The translations under genes and the position numbers were made by a program. DNA of 53,786 nt from Algicola sp. (lineage in GTDB: Bacteria > Bacteroidota > Bacteroidia > Flavobacteriales > Flavobacteriaceae), in contig JAAEZL010000005.1 in assembly GCA_018222875.1 (NCBI GenBank), positions 1 to 53,786 on the forward strand, given 5' to 3'. Numbering within the stretch: the first letter of the stretch is position 1; each line of letters starts with the position of its first letter. The notes below the pieces were generated by a model. It did not search any database, was not told the DNA's origin, and saw only the letters and a list, made by a program, of their open reading frames with translations. Below, piece by piece: positions 25,634-36,498 of the stretch.

Positions 25634-27746
25634 GTTTTACAGATTCTAAAACTCCAAAAGAGGCTTTTGTAACTGCCACAATCTCTTCAAAAGAAATTGG
25701 TGCTTTCCCATTAGTTAATAAGCCGTTTACAAAAGCAGTAACCATTTCTTTCTGACCTTTGTTCTGGTTCAATAGTTTATCCTTCTTAGGTTTTCCTTTT
25801 CCGTATAATTTTAATTCTTTAAAGTCGTTTAGCGTTGCTGACATACCTGCTGAAAAGACCTCAACATATTCTTTGGTCATTGATTTAGAGCCATTGGCAT
25901 AATACCCAATAACACCAGAAGATCCATTTTCAAATTGAATTAAAATATTCAACGTATCGTTTAACTGATTGGCATCTGGAAGTGCAGAAGCAGAAATTTT
26001 TGTCGGCAGACTTCCATTGAGATAGGTTAAGTAATCAATAAAATGACATACTTCACCAAGCACACGACCACCTCCAATTTCTAAATCCTGAATCCAGTTA
26101 TCTCCAGGAATAGATCCTGCATTGATTCTGTAAATCATGGTCATTGGATTATCTCCAACAGCCTTTTTAAGTTTAGCTGTTAATGGCGAAAATCGTCGGT
26201 TAAAGCCAACCATAACCGCTTTATTGGTTTTAGCCTGTAAGTCGATAATAGATTCCAGTTCAGATTCTAAAAGACATAATGGTTTTTCAACGAATACATT
26301 TTTATTTGCTTCCAGACTTTTTAGCACATAAGGTCCATGCGAATCATGACGCGTAGCAACAAAAACAGTATTGGTTTTATCGTCTAAAACATCATCTTCA
26401 TTAGTAGCACAAAACTGAAATTTAAATTTTTCGGCGACACGCTTAGACGTTGTACCAGTATTGGTTAAAACGCCAACACGACCAACATCATTGCTGTCTG
26501 GAATGTTAGGCAGTAGATTTCCCTGAGCGTAACTTCCAGCACCAATAAAAGAGATATTTATTTTGCCAAGTTTATCGTTTTCAGAAGTGGATATTTTAGA
26601 TTTTGAAACCGTTTTGTCTAAGTCATATTTAAGAGCAATTCCAGTAAACGGTTCCGCTTTAGAAACCACAAGATCAAATGCTTCTTTAGCATTTTCAAAT
26701 TCAAACTCATGCGTTGTTAAATACTCAATATTTATTCGTTTAGTCGCAATCAAGTTCTGAAATGCTTCCATATTACGCTTTTCAGTCCAACGCACATAAG
26801 GCAACGGATAATCGATACCTTTTTCTTCGTAATTTAAGTCATAACGTCCAGGACCATACGAGCATGCCATTTTCAATTCTAATTCTTTACGATACCAAAA
26901 CGGATCGCGATCAAATCCTGTAGGAACAGCACCTAACACAACTACTTTGCCTTTTTTACGAGCAATAGCACCCGCAAAATTAATAGGATCTAAACTAGAC
27001 GTTGCAGCAGCAATGATCACAGCATCTGCGCCATAACCATGCGTTGCATTTTGAATTTGTTCTTCAACACCAGCTGCATTTCTGGTTAACCCTAAATCGA
27101 CGACATTATGATCTATGGCCTGTTTCACAGCAGCTTCGGAAACATCTATTCCTATAACTGTAACTCCAGACGCTTTTAAAATTAATGCTGCCAGTTGGCC
27201 AAGTAATCCAAGTCCGATAATTACACAAGATTCACCTAATCGTAAATCGGCCTGACGAACCCCTTGCATCGATATTGCTCCAAGTGTATTGTAAGCTGCG
27301 TCTTTAAGATTAGCATCAGAATCCAGTTTAACACATAGGTTAACAGGTACTGAAACGATTTCTGCATGATTGGCATATCCAGCTCCAGCGCATGCAACCT
27401 TGTCTCCAACTTCAAACTCAGTTACACCTTCACCTACTTCAATGACTTCACCTGCAGAACTATAACCTAAAGGTGAATATGCGTCTAGTTTTTTCATCAC
27501 AGCCCTGTAGGTTTGCACTGGTCCTTGTTTTTTTAAGGTGTCAATAACCTGCTTCACCTGTTGCGGACGCTCTTTAGCTTTACCAAGTAAACTTTTTCGT
27601 GCAGCGACTACTGTAGAACCTTCTGTTCCAGCACTTATTATTGAATAGTGATTTTTTACAATAACCATTCCTTTACCAAGTTGCGGATAAGGTACATCTT
27701 GAATAATCATATCGCCTGAACCAAGCTTTTGTGTCAATTGTTGCAT
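25608..27746 (-). CDS. Bi-domain oxidoreductase (MDR/Zn-ADH-like plus Gfo/Idh/MocA)
   Basis: ISAGTE, LGYSSAG, GLGLLG, SYGPGRYD; second domain GAGSYA, VEKP, GFNRRF, GEVCHFID. Confidence 0.88.
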   Translation of the reverse strand: MQQLTQKLGSGDMIIQDVPYPQLGKGMVIVKNHYSIISAGTEGSTVVAARKSLLGKAKERPQQVKQVIDTLKKQGPVQTYRAVMKKLDAYSPLGYSSAGEVIEVGEGVTEFEVGDKVACAGAGYANHAEIVSVPVNLCVKLDSDANLKDAAYNTLGAISMQGVRQADLRLGESCVIIGLGLLGQLAALILKASGVTVIGIDVSEAAVKQAIDHNVVDLGLTRNAAGVEEQIQNATHGYGADAVIIAAATSSLDPINFAGAIARKKGKVVVLGAVPTGFDRDPFWYRKELELKMACSYGPGRYDLNYEEKGIDYPLPYVRWTEKRNMEAFQNLIATKRINIEYLTTHEFEFENAKEAFDLVVSKAEPFTGIALKYDLDKTVSKSKISTSENDKLGKINISFIGAGSYAQGNLLPNIPDSNDVGRVGVLTNTGTTSKRVAEKFKFQFCATNEDDVLDDKTNTVFVATRHDSHGPYVLKSLEANKNVFVEKPLCLLESELESIIDLQAKTNKAVMVGFNRRFSPLTAKLKKAVGDNPMTMIYRINAGSIPGDNWIQDLEIGGGRVLGEVCHFIDYLTYLNGSLPTKISASALPDANQLNDTLNILIQFENGSSGVIGYYANGSKSMTKEYVEVFSAGMSATLNDFKELKLYGKGKPKKDKLLNQNKGQKEMVTAFVNGLLTNGKAPISFEEIVAVTKASFGVLESVKRGGQQIDI

Positions 27747-28979
27747 TTAATTAAGTTGTTGTTTAAAAAATAAATGAGGCTTTAGTAGCAATAATCCAAA
27801 GATACCCCAAACTAAGATATTATAATAGTAATAGGATCCTGGCACTAAACCGATACAGTCGAAAAAATACATTCCAAATAGCATCATTCCAAAAACCCTT
27901 AAATGTTCATTAATTTGAAAAATATGTTTTAACATACGAAAAATAAAAACAATTAATAACAACAAGCCAATGATGCCATTAATCACCAAAACCCTAAAAA
28001 ATTCATTGTGAACTGCTCTATCAATGCCGTCTCCAAACCATTGAAAAAACATGCTTTGATGATTTAGCCATTGATCCCAATACTCTTGCCAGATATAGCC
28101 ACGACCAGCCAATGTGTAACGTGCATCTTTTACTTCACCTGTTTGATATCCTGTTTCTTTACTAAAAAGCTGTTCAATATTATCGAAAACCACGTTTCCA
28201 AAAGCCAGCATAAGGATGCTAAAACCAATAAGAATTGGAACTGCCTGTTTAATTCTAGTCTTAGAAAAGAACAAAATAAGTATTACCCATAACACAACAA
28301 TACCTACTGCTGCTTTACTAAATGCCAAATACACTGATATAGAAGCACCACCTGCCAGAGCAATCAAAAATGCTTTAAAATAAGGGTTGTTAGTTTTAAA
28401 AACTGATTGATATAACAATACTGCAAAAATTGACATTAATCCATAAAAACGAACAGGAAAACCATCGTGATAAAAACCAACATAACGGGCTAAACCTGCT
28501 GTTGTTCTTTCTCTAAAAACAATTCCTGTCTGCAATTGAAAGAGGCTAACCGCCATAGGAAAAATGCCACAAATCATAACTGCTATTAAAAATTGTTTAA
28601 GACGGATTTTATCAGTAACAAGTAATGGAATTAAAAAGAATCCCAAAAAATTATTTAAACTTAAAACTATAATTTCGGCAGAAGGCACAGGTTTTATTGC
28701 AATTGCCCAAACTACTCCTAAGGTTAGGGCTATTAAATAGATTTTAGCTGTTAGCACCCAGATTTTTGGAAACATTTTCCTTTTCAAAAAAATCTTATAA
28801 AATAGTAAAGGAACCAAAGCACCTTGAATGGACATAATAGTTAGAGAACCAAAACGATAATCCCAAAAAGCGTCTATTATTGATTTTGTAGCTACCAAAA
28901 TCAACAAACAGGCAAACATGCCTTTTTGACTTCTAGCAAAAATCATCACCAAAAATATAAGAAATGGAATTAGGATCAT
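27747..28979 (-). CDS. Wzy polymerase / O-antigen ligase-like membrane protein
   Basis: About 11-12 TM helices; TLAGRGYIW...HNEFF loop; lies in a Wzx/Wzc locus. Confidence 0.72.
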   Translation of the reverse strand: MILIPFLIFLVMIFARSQKGMFACLLILVATKSIIDAFWDYRFGSLTIMSIQGALVPLLFYKIFLKRKMFPKIWVLTAKIYLIALTLGVVWAIAIKPVPSAEIIVLSLNNFLGFFLIPLLVTDKIRLKQFLIAVMICGIFPMAVSLFQLQTGIVFRERTTAGLARYVGFYHDGFPVRFYGLMSIFAVLLYQSVFKTNNPYFKAFLIALAGGASISVYLAFSKAAVGIVVLWVILILFFSKTRIKQAVPILIGFSILMLAFGNVVFDNIEQLFSKETGYQTGEVKDARYTLAGRGYIWQEYWDQWLNHQSMFFQWFGDGIDRAVHNEFFRVLVINGIIGLLLLIVFIFRMLKHIFQINEHLRVFGMMLFGMYFFDCIGLVPGSYYYYNILVWGIFGLLLLKPHLFFKQQLN

Positions 28980-29434
28980 GCTACATCAATATGTTTCTTT
29001 GGTAATGGTCGATAAGGCTTTTCGAGTTCCTTCAAAATTTTAATAGGATTACCAGCAGCTACGACGCCTTCAGGAATGTCTTTATTCACAACAGATCCAG
29101 CTCCAATAATAGCATGACTTCCTATGGTTACGTTTCTCATGACCACAGAATTAACTCCAATAAAGACATGGTCTCCAATATTAACAAAGCCTGTTCCGTT
29201 ATCATCAGGATTTATGATGTGAGCAGCTCCGTCATGAGACAAGATGTAACAACCATGAGTAATTAAACAATGGTCGCCTATGACCACTTTTCCTCGTCGG
29301 ACATCTATTTTTGCTCCCAGACTAATCATAGTGTTTTTACCAATTTTAGCACCAGAAGCTCTAAGAAAAGACATTTGAAGAAGCCTAAGCAGATTCCCTA
29401 AATAATGTACCATTTTTCTAATGATTATTTTCAT
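28976..29434 (-). CDS. Hexapeptide-repeat (LbH) acyltransferase
   Basis: IGDHVFIGVNSVV, IGAGSVVNKDIP, GNP. Confidence 0.88.
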   Translation of the reverse strand: MKIIIRKMVHYLGNLLRLLQMSFLRASGAKIGKNTMISLGAKIDVRRGKVVIGDHCLITHGCYILSHDGAAHIINPDDNGTGFVNIGDHVFIGVNSVVMRNVTIGSHAIIGAGSVVNKDIPEGVVAAGNPIKILKELEKPYRPLPKKHIDVA

Positions 29435-29519
29435 GTGTAATATCTATTGTTTTTTTAACGACACATGCTGTTCGCTATTCATCATTCCTTTACGTGATAA
29501 AGATTCTAGTATACTCGTT

Positions 29520-30677
29520 TCATGAATCTAAAGTTTTTGAAATTATAGTTTTGAAATCATACGCTATCTTTTCAATTGAAAAGTTTGAAACTACATTCCT
29601 TCTATTTTCAGCTCCAATTTCTTTTCGTTTATCTGGACTAGCCAAGAGTTTTCTTAATGCCTCTTTTAAATTTTCCAATTCTCCAGGAATGAAGGAAAAT
29701 CCATGGACTCCATTTTCATATACTTCTCGATGCGCTCCAACAGGCGTAAATACAGCAGGTTTTCCAATTGCCATAGCTTCCAATAAAGATCTAGAAAAGC
29801 CTTCAGAATAGGAGGCTGTTAAAAAAATATCTGTAGACTGCAAATGCTTCATTTTATCATCTCCGCTAATAATACCCAGATTTTCATAATTATCTTTATA
29901 AACTGAATTCAATATGTTGCTTTCAGCTTCAAAAGGATCTTCATAGTCTATTTTTTCTCCTGTATACTGGTTGTAAAACACACCTCTTTCACCTCTTCTA
30001 ATATTTCCTGCAAAATAAAACTTTATATAAGGAAAATCATGGCAAAGGTCAGGAATTATTTTTAAAATATCGGTATATCCCTTGGCCTTAGTCATATGAC
30101 CCATAATAAGGATCTTTCCTCTTTGAACTTCCACATCGTATGTATCAGAATATTGATTTACATCCATCGCCTGATAAAGTACACTAACTTTTGAGGGATC
30201 AATGTATGGAGAAAATTGATCTTTAAGATATTTAGCTTGAACAATAGCACAGTCTACCCTTTTTAAACTAAATCCTATTAGTTTTTTTATGAGACCATTA
30301 AACTGTTGAAAGTTTAACTTAAAATGACTGCCTCTTAAGTGAATAATAACCTTAGCTCCAAATAATTTACTCAATAAAATAGTCCAAACGTCACGACCTA
30401 TCCAACCTATTTGTGTTGGTGTTATAGGATAATACACACAATGAATGTTATTAGCAATCAATAATCTAAGTAGTTTAGAAAAGAAAATAAAGAAGTTTGT
30501 AAGCATTGAAACATCTAATTTTCCTTTTTTGGTATTATCACTTCTAAAATTTGTCTTGAGGAATTTTATATCAAAGGTTTCATTTAAGGTTTCTGATTCT
30601 AAAAACTGTTGCATGCTCAATTCAGGACCAGAATAAGGTGGTGGTGTTGGACCTATGAATAATATTTTTGTTTTCAT
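29520..30677 (-). CDS. GT4 family glycosyltransferase
   Basis: GPTPPPYSG, KGY, SYSEGFSRSLLEAMA (EX7E). Confidence 0.85.
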   Translation of the reverse strand: MKTKILFIGPTPPPYSGPELSMQQFLESETLNETFDIKFLKTNFRSDNTKKGKLDVSMLTNFFIFFSKLLRLLIANNIHCVYYPITPTQIGWIGRDVWTILLSKLFGAKVIIHLRGSHFKLNFQQFNGLIKKLIGFSLKRVDCAIVQAKYLKDQFSPYIDPSKVSVLYQAMDVNQYSDTYDVEVQRGKILIMGHMTKAKGYTDILKIIPDLCHDFPYIKFYFAGNIRRGERGVFYNQYTGEKIDYEDPFEAESNILNSVYKDNYENLGIISGDDKMKHLQSTDIFLTASYSEGFSRSLLEAMAIGKPAVFTPVGAHREVYENGVHGFSFIPGELENLKEALRKLLASPDKRKEIGAENRRNVVSNFSIEKIAYDFKTIISKTLDS

Positions 30678-30686
30678 ATTACAAAA

Positions 30687-31571
30687 CTAACAATCTAAAA
30701 CTTTCTTTATCTCGATTAAGAAATTTTCAGGGATTTGCTCGTCTTTTTGAAGTGTTAGTTCTAACTCAGGAGCATCGTAGTAAAGGTTTAAAAAGTTTTT
30801 TTCAGGAAATATGATTGGCATTCTTCCCAGAAAACTAGCCCATTTGTTAAATGTACTTCCTTTTGAAGCAATAATAGCTTTAGAATTACTTAATCCCAGG
30901 ATATCGGCAATACTACTACCAAATGAAATACGTTCCACATTTTCTAGCTTTAGCAACTCTTCCAGCTCTGCATCTTCAGCATCTGAGAATATATAACATT
31001 TTACGTTAGAGTTGAGTTTTTCTCTTATGTCTGTTAGCGTATTAATGAAAAAGTCGAGTTCAGTGCTTCTAGAGTAGCGTTTAAAATCTCCAAATCTAAT
31101 ATGCATAGATATCGCATTTGAAAAATCAAAATCTAATCCCTTTTTATGTTTCGGATTGGTTATCTTAATTAACTCATCATAAATTAATTGATGCTCATGT
31201 AAAAACGCACTAAACCCAGATTTACCATCAATCTCAAAGGTTTTAACATGTTTTTTTGTAGTATCCGTTTCGTTAACTTTAAATTTAGGATAGGTATTCA
31301 AAATGAATTGCTTTCGCAAACCATTAATGTAGTATTTATTAGTAAATAAATTAGAGTACAAGCGTTTGTCTTTATCATTATGTCTCCATTGGTTTAAAGA
31401 GAATTGAGGCCAAGTTGGAGCAATCATGTTTTTGACGTTACCTTTCTTGTGGGCATACACATAACATCTTGCCCAGGCATTTAATAAATTTCCTAATCCG
31501 TGTGCATAGCCAATTCTAATTAGACCTGTATCAATTCCTTTTTCACTAAGTTTTGGCCAGTAATATTCCAT
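30687..31571 (-). CDS. GT11-like (alpha-1,2-fucosyltransferase-type) glycosyltransferase
   Basis: GLGN, HIRFGDF (HxRxGD), IFSD, STFNKWASFL. Confidence 0.7.
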   Translation of the reverse strand: MEYYWPKLSEKGIDTGLIRIGYAHGLGNLLNAWARCYVYAHKKGNVKNMIAPTWPQFSLNQWRHNDKDKRLYSNLFTNKYYINGLRKQFILNTYPKFKVNETDTTKKHVKTFEIDGKSGFSAFLHEHQLIYDELIKITNPKHKKGLDFDFSNAISMHIRFGDFKRYSRSTELDFFINTLTDIREKLNSNVKCYIFSDAEDAELEELLKLENVERISFGSSIADILGLSNSKAIIASKGSTFNKWASFLGRMPIIFPEKNFLNLYYDAPELELTLQKDEQIPENFLIEIKKVLDC

Positions 31572-31586
31572 AATAATCGGTGTTTT

Positions 31587-32681
31587 TTATGATTTTGAAG
31601 TATTTAATATTGTAGCCATTTTTTTGACCCAGTTTTCAATGGATAACTGTTTCCCCTTGGCATAGGCTTCTTCACAAAAGCTTTGTAGCTTTTTGGGATG
31701 GGCCAAGAGTTCTTTTAACCGTTCAAGGTTTTGGTTGTCCTGACCATATTGCAGCACCAGTCCATTTATATCATCTTGTATATAGTTAAATTCTGGTGGT
31801 TGGGTCTCGCTTTGAAATGTCACATAAGGTCTCCCATAGAAAAACGCATGGTTAATGGACAGGCCGCTATGGCCTGGCACAAATACTAGGGCACTCTGGG
31901 CAAAAGTTTTAGAGAGCTCTTTTTCGTCGGTAAGCGATCCGTACCAAATAATATTTGGATTCGTCTTGCTTTCTACCTGCACCATTGAGGCCATAGGACC
32001 GTCGCCAATGATGTGGAGCATGAGATCAGGAAGATCCTGTAAAAGTACCTTATAGTAATTGAACAAAAGGTCAAGACGCTTTTTTTCGACAAGCCTTCCT
32101 ATAAAAAGCAAGCCCATGTTCTTAGCAGGTGGATAGTTGAACGTATAAAGTCTCTTGATTTCTGAATCGTCTAAAGTATTACTAACCCAGTGGGCTTTAT
32201 TTTTATTTACTAAATGGTGTTTAAGTGCAAAATCATAACAATGTTGGGTATAGAACACCAAGGTATCGTACCAAGAAAACACCCACTTAGTCATTAAAAC
32301 ATCTAGTTTTAGACTTTTGTTGGATCTTAAGTGAGAATGGTTATAACTTATCAATTTAATACCTAGCCATGGCTTAAGTAAGGCCAAGACTATGATGAGC
32401 GGTAAGTGTTTTTTCTCGGCTGGCATGAGCACTTTGTCTGGACGTTCTTTTCTTATGGCCATAACGGTCTTGAAAATAACCCGAGGACTCCAGGAAAACT
32501 GACGTTCTACAGCATTGACATTTATAACTTTAAATTGAAGTTGCTCATCAAGTGGTGCATGGCCATCCTTGGTGTGCAATTTACCGGCAACTACAAACAA
32601 TTCAAGCTCTTTTGACAACAAATTTAAAAAACGAGCCTTATAAAAATTAAGGCTTGGTGCAATCCATAATAATTTTGTCAT
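31587..32681 (-). CDS. GT4-like glycosyltransferase
   Basis: FIGRLVEKK, IIGDGP, PGHSGLSINHAF; start placed at MTKLLW (32681), overlapping the upstream stop as ATGA. Confidence 0.8.
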   Translation of the reverse strand: MTKLLWIAPSLNFYKARFLNLLSKELELFVVAGKLHTKDGHAPLDEQLQFKVINVNAVERQFSWSPRVIFKTVMAIRKERPDKVLMPAEKKHLPLIIVLALLKPWLGIKLISYNHSHLRSNKSLKLDVLMTKWVFSWYDTLVFYTQHCYDFALKHHLVNKNKAHWVSNTLDDSEIKRLYTFNYPPAKNMGLLFIGRLVEKKRLDLLFNYYKVLLQDLPDLMLHIIGDGPMASMVQVESKTNPNIIWYGSLTDEKELSKTFAQSALVFVPGHSGLSINHAFFYGRPYVTFQSETQPPEFNYIQDDINGLVLQYGQDNQNLERLKELLAHPKKLQSFCEEAYAKGKQLSIENWVKKMATILNTSKS

Positions 32682-34579
32682 AGTGTCCGGTTTTGTAACC
32701 ATTGTTGAAATATTAACACACTCCACAATTGGTTGTGCCAACGTTTTTTAGAATGGACATGTTCCTCCCACATTTTGATAATCTTATCACTGTCTAGGTA
32801 GTGCTGGTTTTTGAAGGCCTGACTATGTAACAAATCACCGCTCCAAGTTTTTAAAGGCCCTTTGAGCCACTCTTCTATTGGAACCCTAAAACCTGCCTTT
32901 TTACGGTCAAAAAAATTGGCGGGAATATGACGGTATAGAACCTCTTTTAGGATTCGCTTATTAGAGCCATCCAATGTTTTATGGTGATTTGGTAGTCCAA
33001 AAGCGAATTCAACAATTTTATGATCCAATAGTGGGGCACGACATTCCAAACCATTATGCATGCTGGCTCGATCAACCTTGGTCAAGATATCATCAGATAA
33101 AAAGTGTAAGCAATCCGTAAGTTGCATCCAGTCATTAAAATTATCCAGTCTTACATGACCGTTCAGGGCATCTAAATTATTGCCATATGTTGGGTTAGAT
33201 TGCATGATGTCAAAATGCCAGTTTCTGTTAAAAACATCAAATGCATCATATGGTGATTTAACCATAGGTATTAATCGTTTTAACTTGGGAATCCGTTCCA
33301 GGGCAATAAATGCTTTGGAATTTTTAGGCATCAATGTCCTCAGAGGTCTAGAAATACCGTCGGCCATTGCTAACAGTGGCACTGCGAGCTGAGCTTTTTT
33401 AGGACCTATAGAACGAATACTATCCCAGAGTTGGTTGGATAATAGATATTTGGTATATCCGTAAAAAAGCTCGTCTCCCCCATCGCCTGAAAGGGCAACT
33501 TTAACTTTCTGTGCCGTCATTTTACTGAGCATAAAGGTGGGAATTTGTGAGGAATCTGAAAAGGGTTCGTCCCAAATATCGGCCAGTTTGGGAATGGCCT
33601 CTAGTGCATCATTGGCAGAAAAATAATGCTCGTGGTGATTGGTGCCCAGAAATTGGGCCACATTCTTGGCAAATGGTGCCTCATTATATTTTTCTTCATT
33701 AAACCCTATTGAAAACGTGTTTATAGGCTGGGTGGTCTGTTTTTGAGCCAGAGCTGCAATAACTGAGGAGTCTATGCCTCCAGATAAAAATACACCAAGG
33801 GGTACATCGGACATAAGTCGTCTTTTAACAGACGATGATAATAAGCTCTCCAGCTCATCTACAGCTTCCTGAAAAGGTCGCTCATTTTTGGGTTGCATCG
33901 CTACAGATTTTATATCCCAATAACACTGCTGAGGCGAAACGTTTCGACCATGATTTGAAATCTGAACATAATGTCCCGGTTTCATTTTAAATAAACCGTT
34001 GTAAATACTGTAGGGTGACGGTACGTAAAGATATTTTAAATACAAATCTATGGCACTGGGGTCAATCGTTGGTTTAAAATGAGAGTGCGTTTCAAGTACC
34101 TTGAGTTCTGAAGCAAAATAAAAGATGCCTCGGTTGATTCCAAAATACAATGGTTTCTCACCCATTCGGTCACGAGCCAAAGAAAGTGTTTGGGTTTCTC
34201 GGTCCCAAACTGCCAAGGCAAACATACCATCTAACTTCTTAAGCGTAGCCTTTATGCCCCAACGTGTTATAGCTGCCAAAAGCGTTTCGGTATCTGAATG
34301 GCCAATCCATTTGTGGCTGAGTTGTTTTCTTATATCCAGATGGTTATATATTTCACCATTGAAGACCAAGACGAACTGTCCGCAGGAAGACACCATAGGC
34401 TGGCTTCCGTTGTCTGTAAGGTCTAATATGGACAATCTAGTATGACCAAGATGTAACAGCTCTTGAGGGTCTGACCAAGTCCCATTGGAATCTGGACCTC
34501 GATGCCTCAGCTTTTGGGTCATGAGCTTGATGTTCTCTTGAGAGCTATCCGCTCCCCAATATCCTAATATACCACACAT
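32678..34579 (-). CDS. asnB: Asparagine synthetase B-like glutamine amidotransferase (probably polysaccharide amidation)
   Basis: MCGI, HRGPD, RLSILD, NGEIYN, SDTE, LSGGIDSS, SGDGGDELF, KVDRASM. Confidence 0.88.
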   Translation of the reverse strand: MCGILGYWGADSSQENIKLMTQKLRHRGPDSNGTWSDPQELLHLGHTRLSILDLTDNGSQPMVSSCGQFVLVFNGEIYNHLDIRKQLSHKWIGHSDTETLLAAITRWGIKATLKKLDGMFALAVWDRETQTLSLARDRMGEKPLYFGINRGIFYFASELKVLETHSHFKPTIDPSAIDLYLKYLYVPSPYSIYNGLFKMKPGHYVQISNHGRNVSPQQCYWDIKSVAMQPKNERPFQEAVDELESLLSSSVKRRLMSDVPLGVFLSGGIDSSVIAALAQKQTTQPINTFSIGFNEEKYNEAPFAKNVAQFLGTNHHEHYFSANDALEAIPKLADIWDEPFSDSSQIPTFMLSKMTAQKVKVALSGDGGDELFYGYTKYLLSNQLWDSIRSIGPKKAQLAVPLLAMADGISRPLRTLMPKNSKAFIALERIPKLKRLIPMVKSPYDAFDVFNRNWHFDIMQSNPTYGNNLDALNGHVRLDNFNDWMQLTDCLHFLSDDILTKVDRASMHNGLECRAPLLDHKIVEFAFGLPNHHKTLDGSNKRILKEVLYRHIPANFFDRKKAGFRVPIEEWLKGPLKTWSGDLLHSQAFKNQHYLDSDKIIKMWEEHVHSKKRWHNQLWSVLIFQQWLQNRTL

Positions 34580-34661
34580 ATGCTTCGTTTTTTTGTTTGT
34601 TTGGGTCGTTAAAGCCTTGTCGCAAAGACCAAAGATTACTACCTTAATGGAATGTCATATT

Positions 34662-35759
34662 CTAACGTTCCAATCCTAACAGTAAGCCTTTATAAATTTC
34701 ATAGTACTCTCTTTCCATACGCTCAATGCCAAAATTAGCTTTTGCATAATTAATTCTTTTAATGGCATTCTCGGCAAATTTCGTTTTATGTTTCGCATAA
34801 AACAATAATCGGTTAGCAAGTTCCATTTCGGTATGCACAATATTTTCAGGCTCTAAGGGTTCTACAACTTCTACTAGGCCACCCGAATCCTTAAATACCA
34901 AAACTGGTAAGCCATGAAAATAAGCTTCGACAGCTATTAACCCAAATCCTTCATTATCTGATGGATGTACCAGAACATCAAACTGTTTGTAATATTTATC
35001 TACATCATTTGAATAACCTGCTAAAGTTATATTGGATTCTAATTCTAAACTTTTAATTTGTGTTTTCACCGCATCATATGCTGCTCCGTCGCCTACCAAT
35101 ATACAATGTCCATTTCCTCCTTTCTTCAAAAACAAATTAAATGCTTTAATTAAGCGGTCAATACGCTTTCGATGCGTAAAACGAGACACCAACCCAATTA
35201 TAAATTCAGTATTATTTTTGTCTTTTGCTTTAAAGTCATTATCCATAATTCGGATTCCGTTTAAAACAACTTTAGTTACACTATTTTCTAAACCATAATG
35301 CTCTTTTGCTTGGTTTAAGGTGTGTCTAGAGTTAGCAACAAAAGCATCTACCTTATTTAAAAAGTGTTTATTAAGTGACTCTCTGATGACATATTTAATT
35401 TTATTTTCTTTTCGTATACCCTTAGAAAGGCCGTGCATAGTTTGAACCACTCTTGCAGTCGAATCTTTAGCGGCTTTTGAACGAAGCGCCGAAAAATTAT
35501 GCAAGTGCACGATATCAAATCTGTTAAACGTGTGTTTGAGTGTTCTGTAGGTGCTAAGGTTACAATCATATCCACCTTTGATACCTGATTTAAGTAAAGG
35601 GATATCTTGTGCTAAAAAGTAATCGTAGTACTGGCCTTCAAAACAATCCAGCATAATTGACACCTCCATACCAGCAGCCTTTTGGGCAATGGCCAATTCT
35701 ATAACGAGGCGCTCAATACCTCCAATATGCGGACTATGTATACAGTGTATTATATTCAC
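34662..35759 (-). CDS. GT4 family glycosyltransferase
   Basis: GGIER, VGDG, PSDNEGFGLIAVEA; GTG start. Confidence 0.85.
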   Translation of the reverse strand: MNIIHCIHSPHIGGIERLVIELAIAQKAAGMEVSIMLDCFEGQYYDYFLAQDIPLLKSGIKGGYDCNLSTYRTLKHTFNRFDIVHLHNFSALRSKAAKDSTARVVQTMHGLSKGIRKENKIKYVIRESLNKHFLNKVDAFVANSRHTLNQAKEHYGLENSVTKVVLNGIRIMDNDFKAKDKNNTEFIIGLVSRFTHRKRIDRLIKAFNLFLKKGGNGHCILVGDGAAYDAVKTQIKSLELESNITLAGYSNDVDKYYKQFDVLVHPSDNEGFGLIAVEAYFHGLPVLVFKDSGGLVEVVEPLEPENIVHTEMELANRLLFYAKHKTKFAENAIKRINYAKANFGIERMEREYYEIYKGLLLGLER

Positions 35760-35800
35760 TGGTCTTTTTATTTCAAATTAGCCGTATTTTTTTAAATGGA

Positions 35801-36343
35801 CTAGACTGTGCTAGTTTGATTTCGATATTTTATAATCTTAGCTGGATTACCTCCAACAATTGCATAATCTGGTACATCTTTAGTAACAACAGATCCTCCT
35901 GCAACAATGGCTCCTTTACCTATTTTGTTGACAGATGCCAATATCATAGCCCTTGAGCCAATCCAGACATCATCTTCAATACGCAAAATTCTTATTTCTC
36001 CTGCACCTTGTTTTGACATGGGTATATCTATATCTGAAAAATTGTGATTTGAAGGAAATATTAACACGTCTTGGCCCATCATCACATAATTACCGATTAC
36101 TACATTATTTAAATAACAGTTGCGACCAATTCCTGAATAACTACCTATTTCTATAGTAGCTCCTGAACCAATTCTAGCATTTCTTCCTACAATAACTTCT
36201 TTGCCACATGTCTTAAACATTTGACTTGCAACATAATTTCTAATTTTATGGGTGCCCAAGGAATAAAAGGATGTTTGATGAGGCAAATATCGAGCAAAGA
36301 AATAATAGACTATAGTAAAAAAATTACGCTTAAGTTTTTTCAT
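35801..36343 (-). CDS. Hexapeptide-repeat O-acetyltransferase
   Basis: IEDDVWIG, GSVVTKDVPDYAIVGGNPAK. Confidence 0.88.
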   Translation of the reverse strand: MKKLKRNFFTIVYYFFARYLPHQTSFYSLGTHKIRNYVASQMFKTCGKEVIVGRNARIGSGATIEIGSYSGIGRNCYLNNVVIGNYVMMGQDVLIFPSNHNFSDIDIPMSKQGAGEIRILRIEDDVWIGSRAMILASVNKIGKGAIVAGGSVVTKDVPDYAIVGGNPAKIIKYRNQTSTV

Positions 36344-36498
36344 TTAAATAATGGTTAGATGTTGCATTATAAATTGTATCAATAAGAGAGAGATTATTTT
36401 TTAAACAACTTTTATTCAACAAATTTAAAACATATCATTTTCATTTTTTTAATTTTCAATATTTGTTTAAATAAATTATGAAGATTTAAAATTACCTA

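Noticed and set aside
32678-34579. AsnB-like protein as a lasso cyclase for the 53-aa peptides
   Set aside because: It has an intact N-terminal Cys glutaminase domain, is coupled to a GT inside the glycan operon 17 kb away, and no lasso B1/B2 genes are present. The peptides have a signal-like leader with no Thr at -2.
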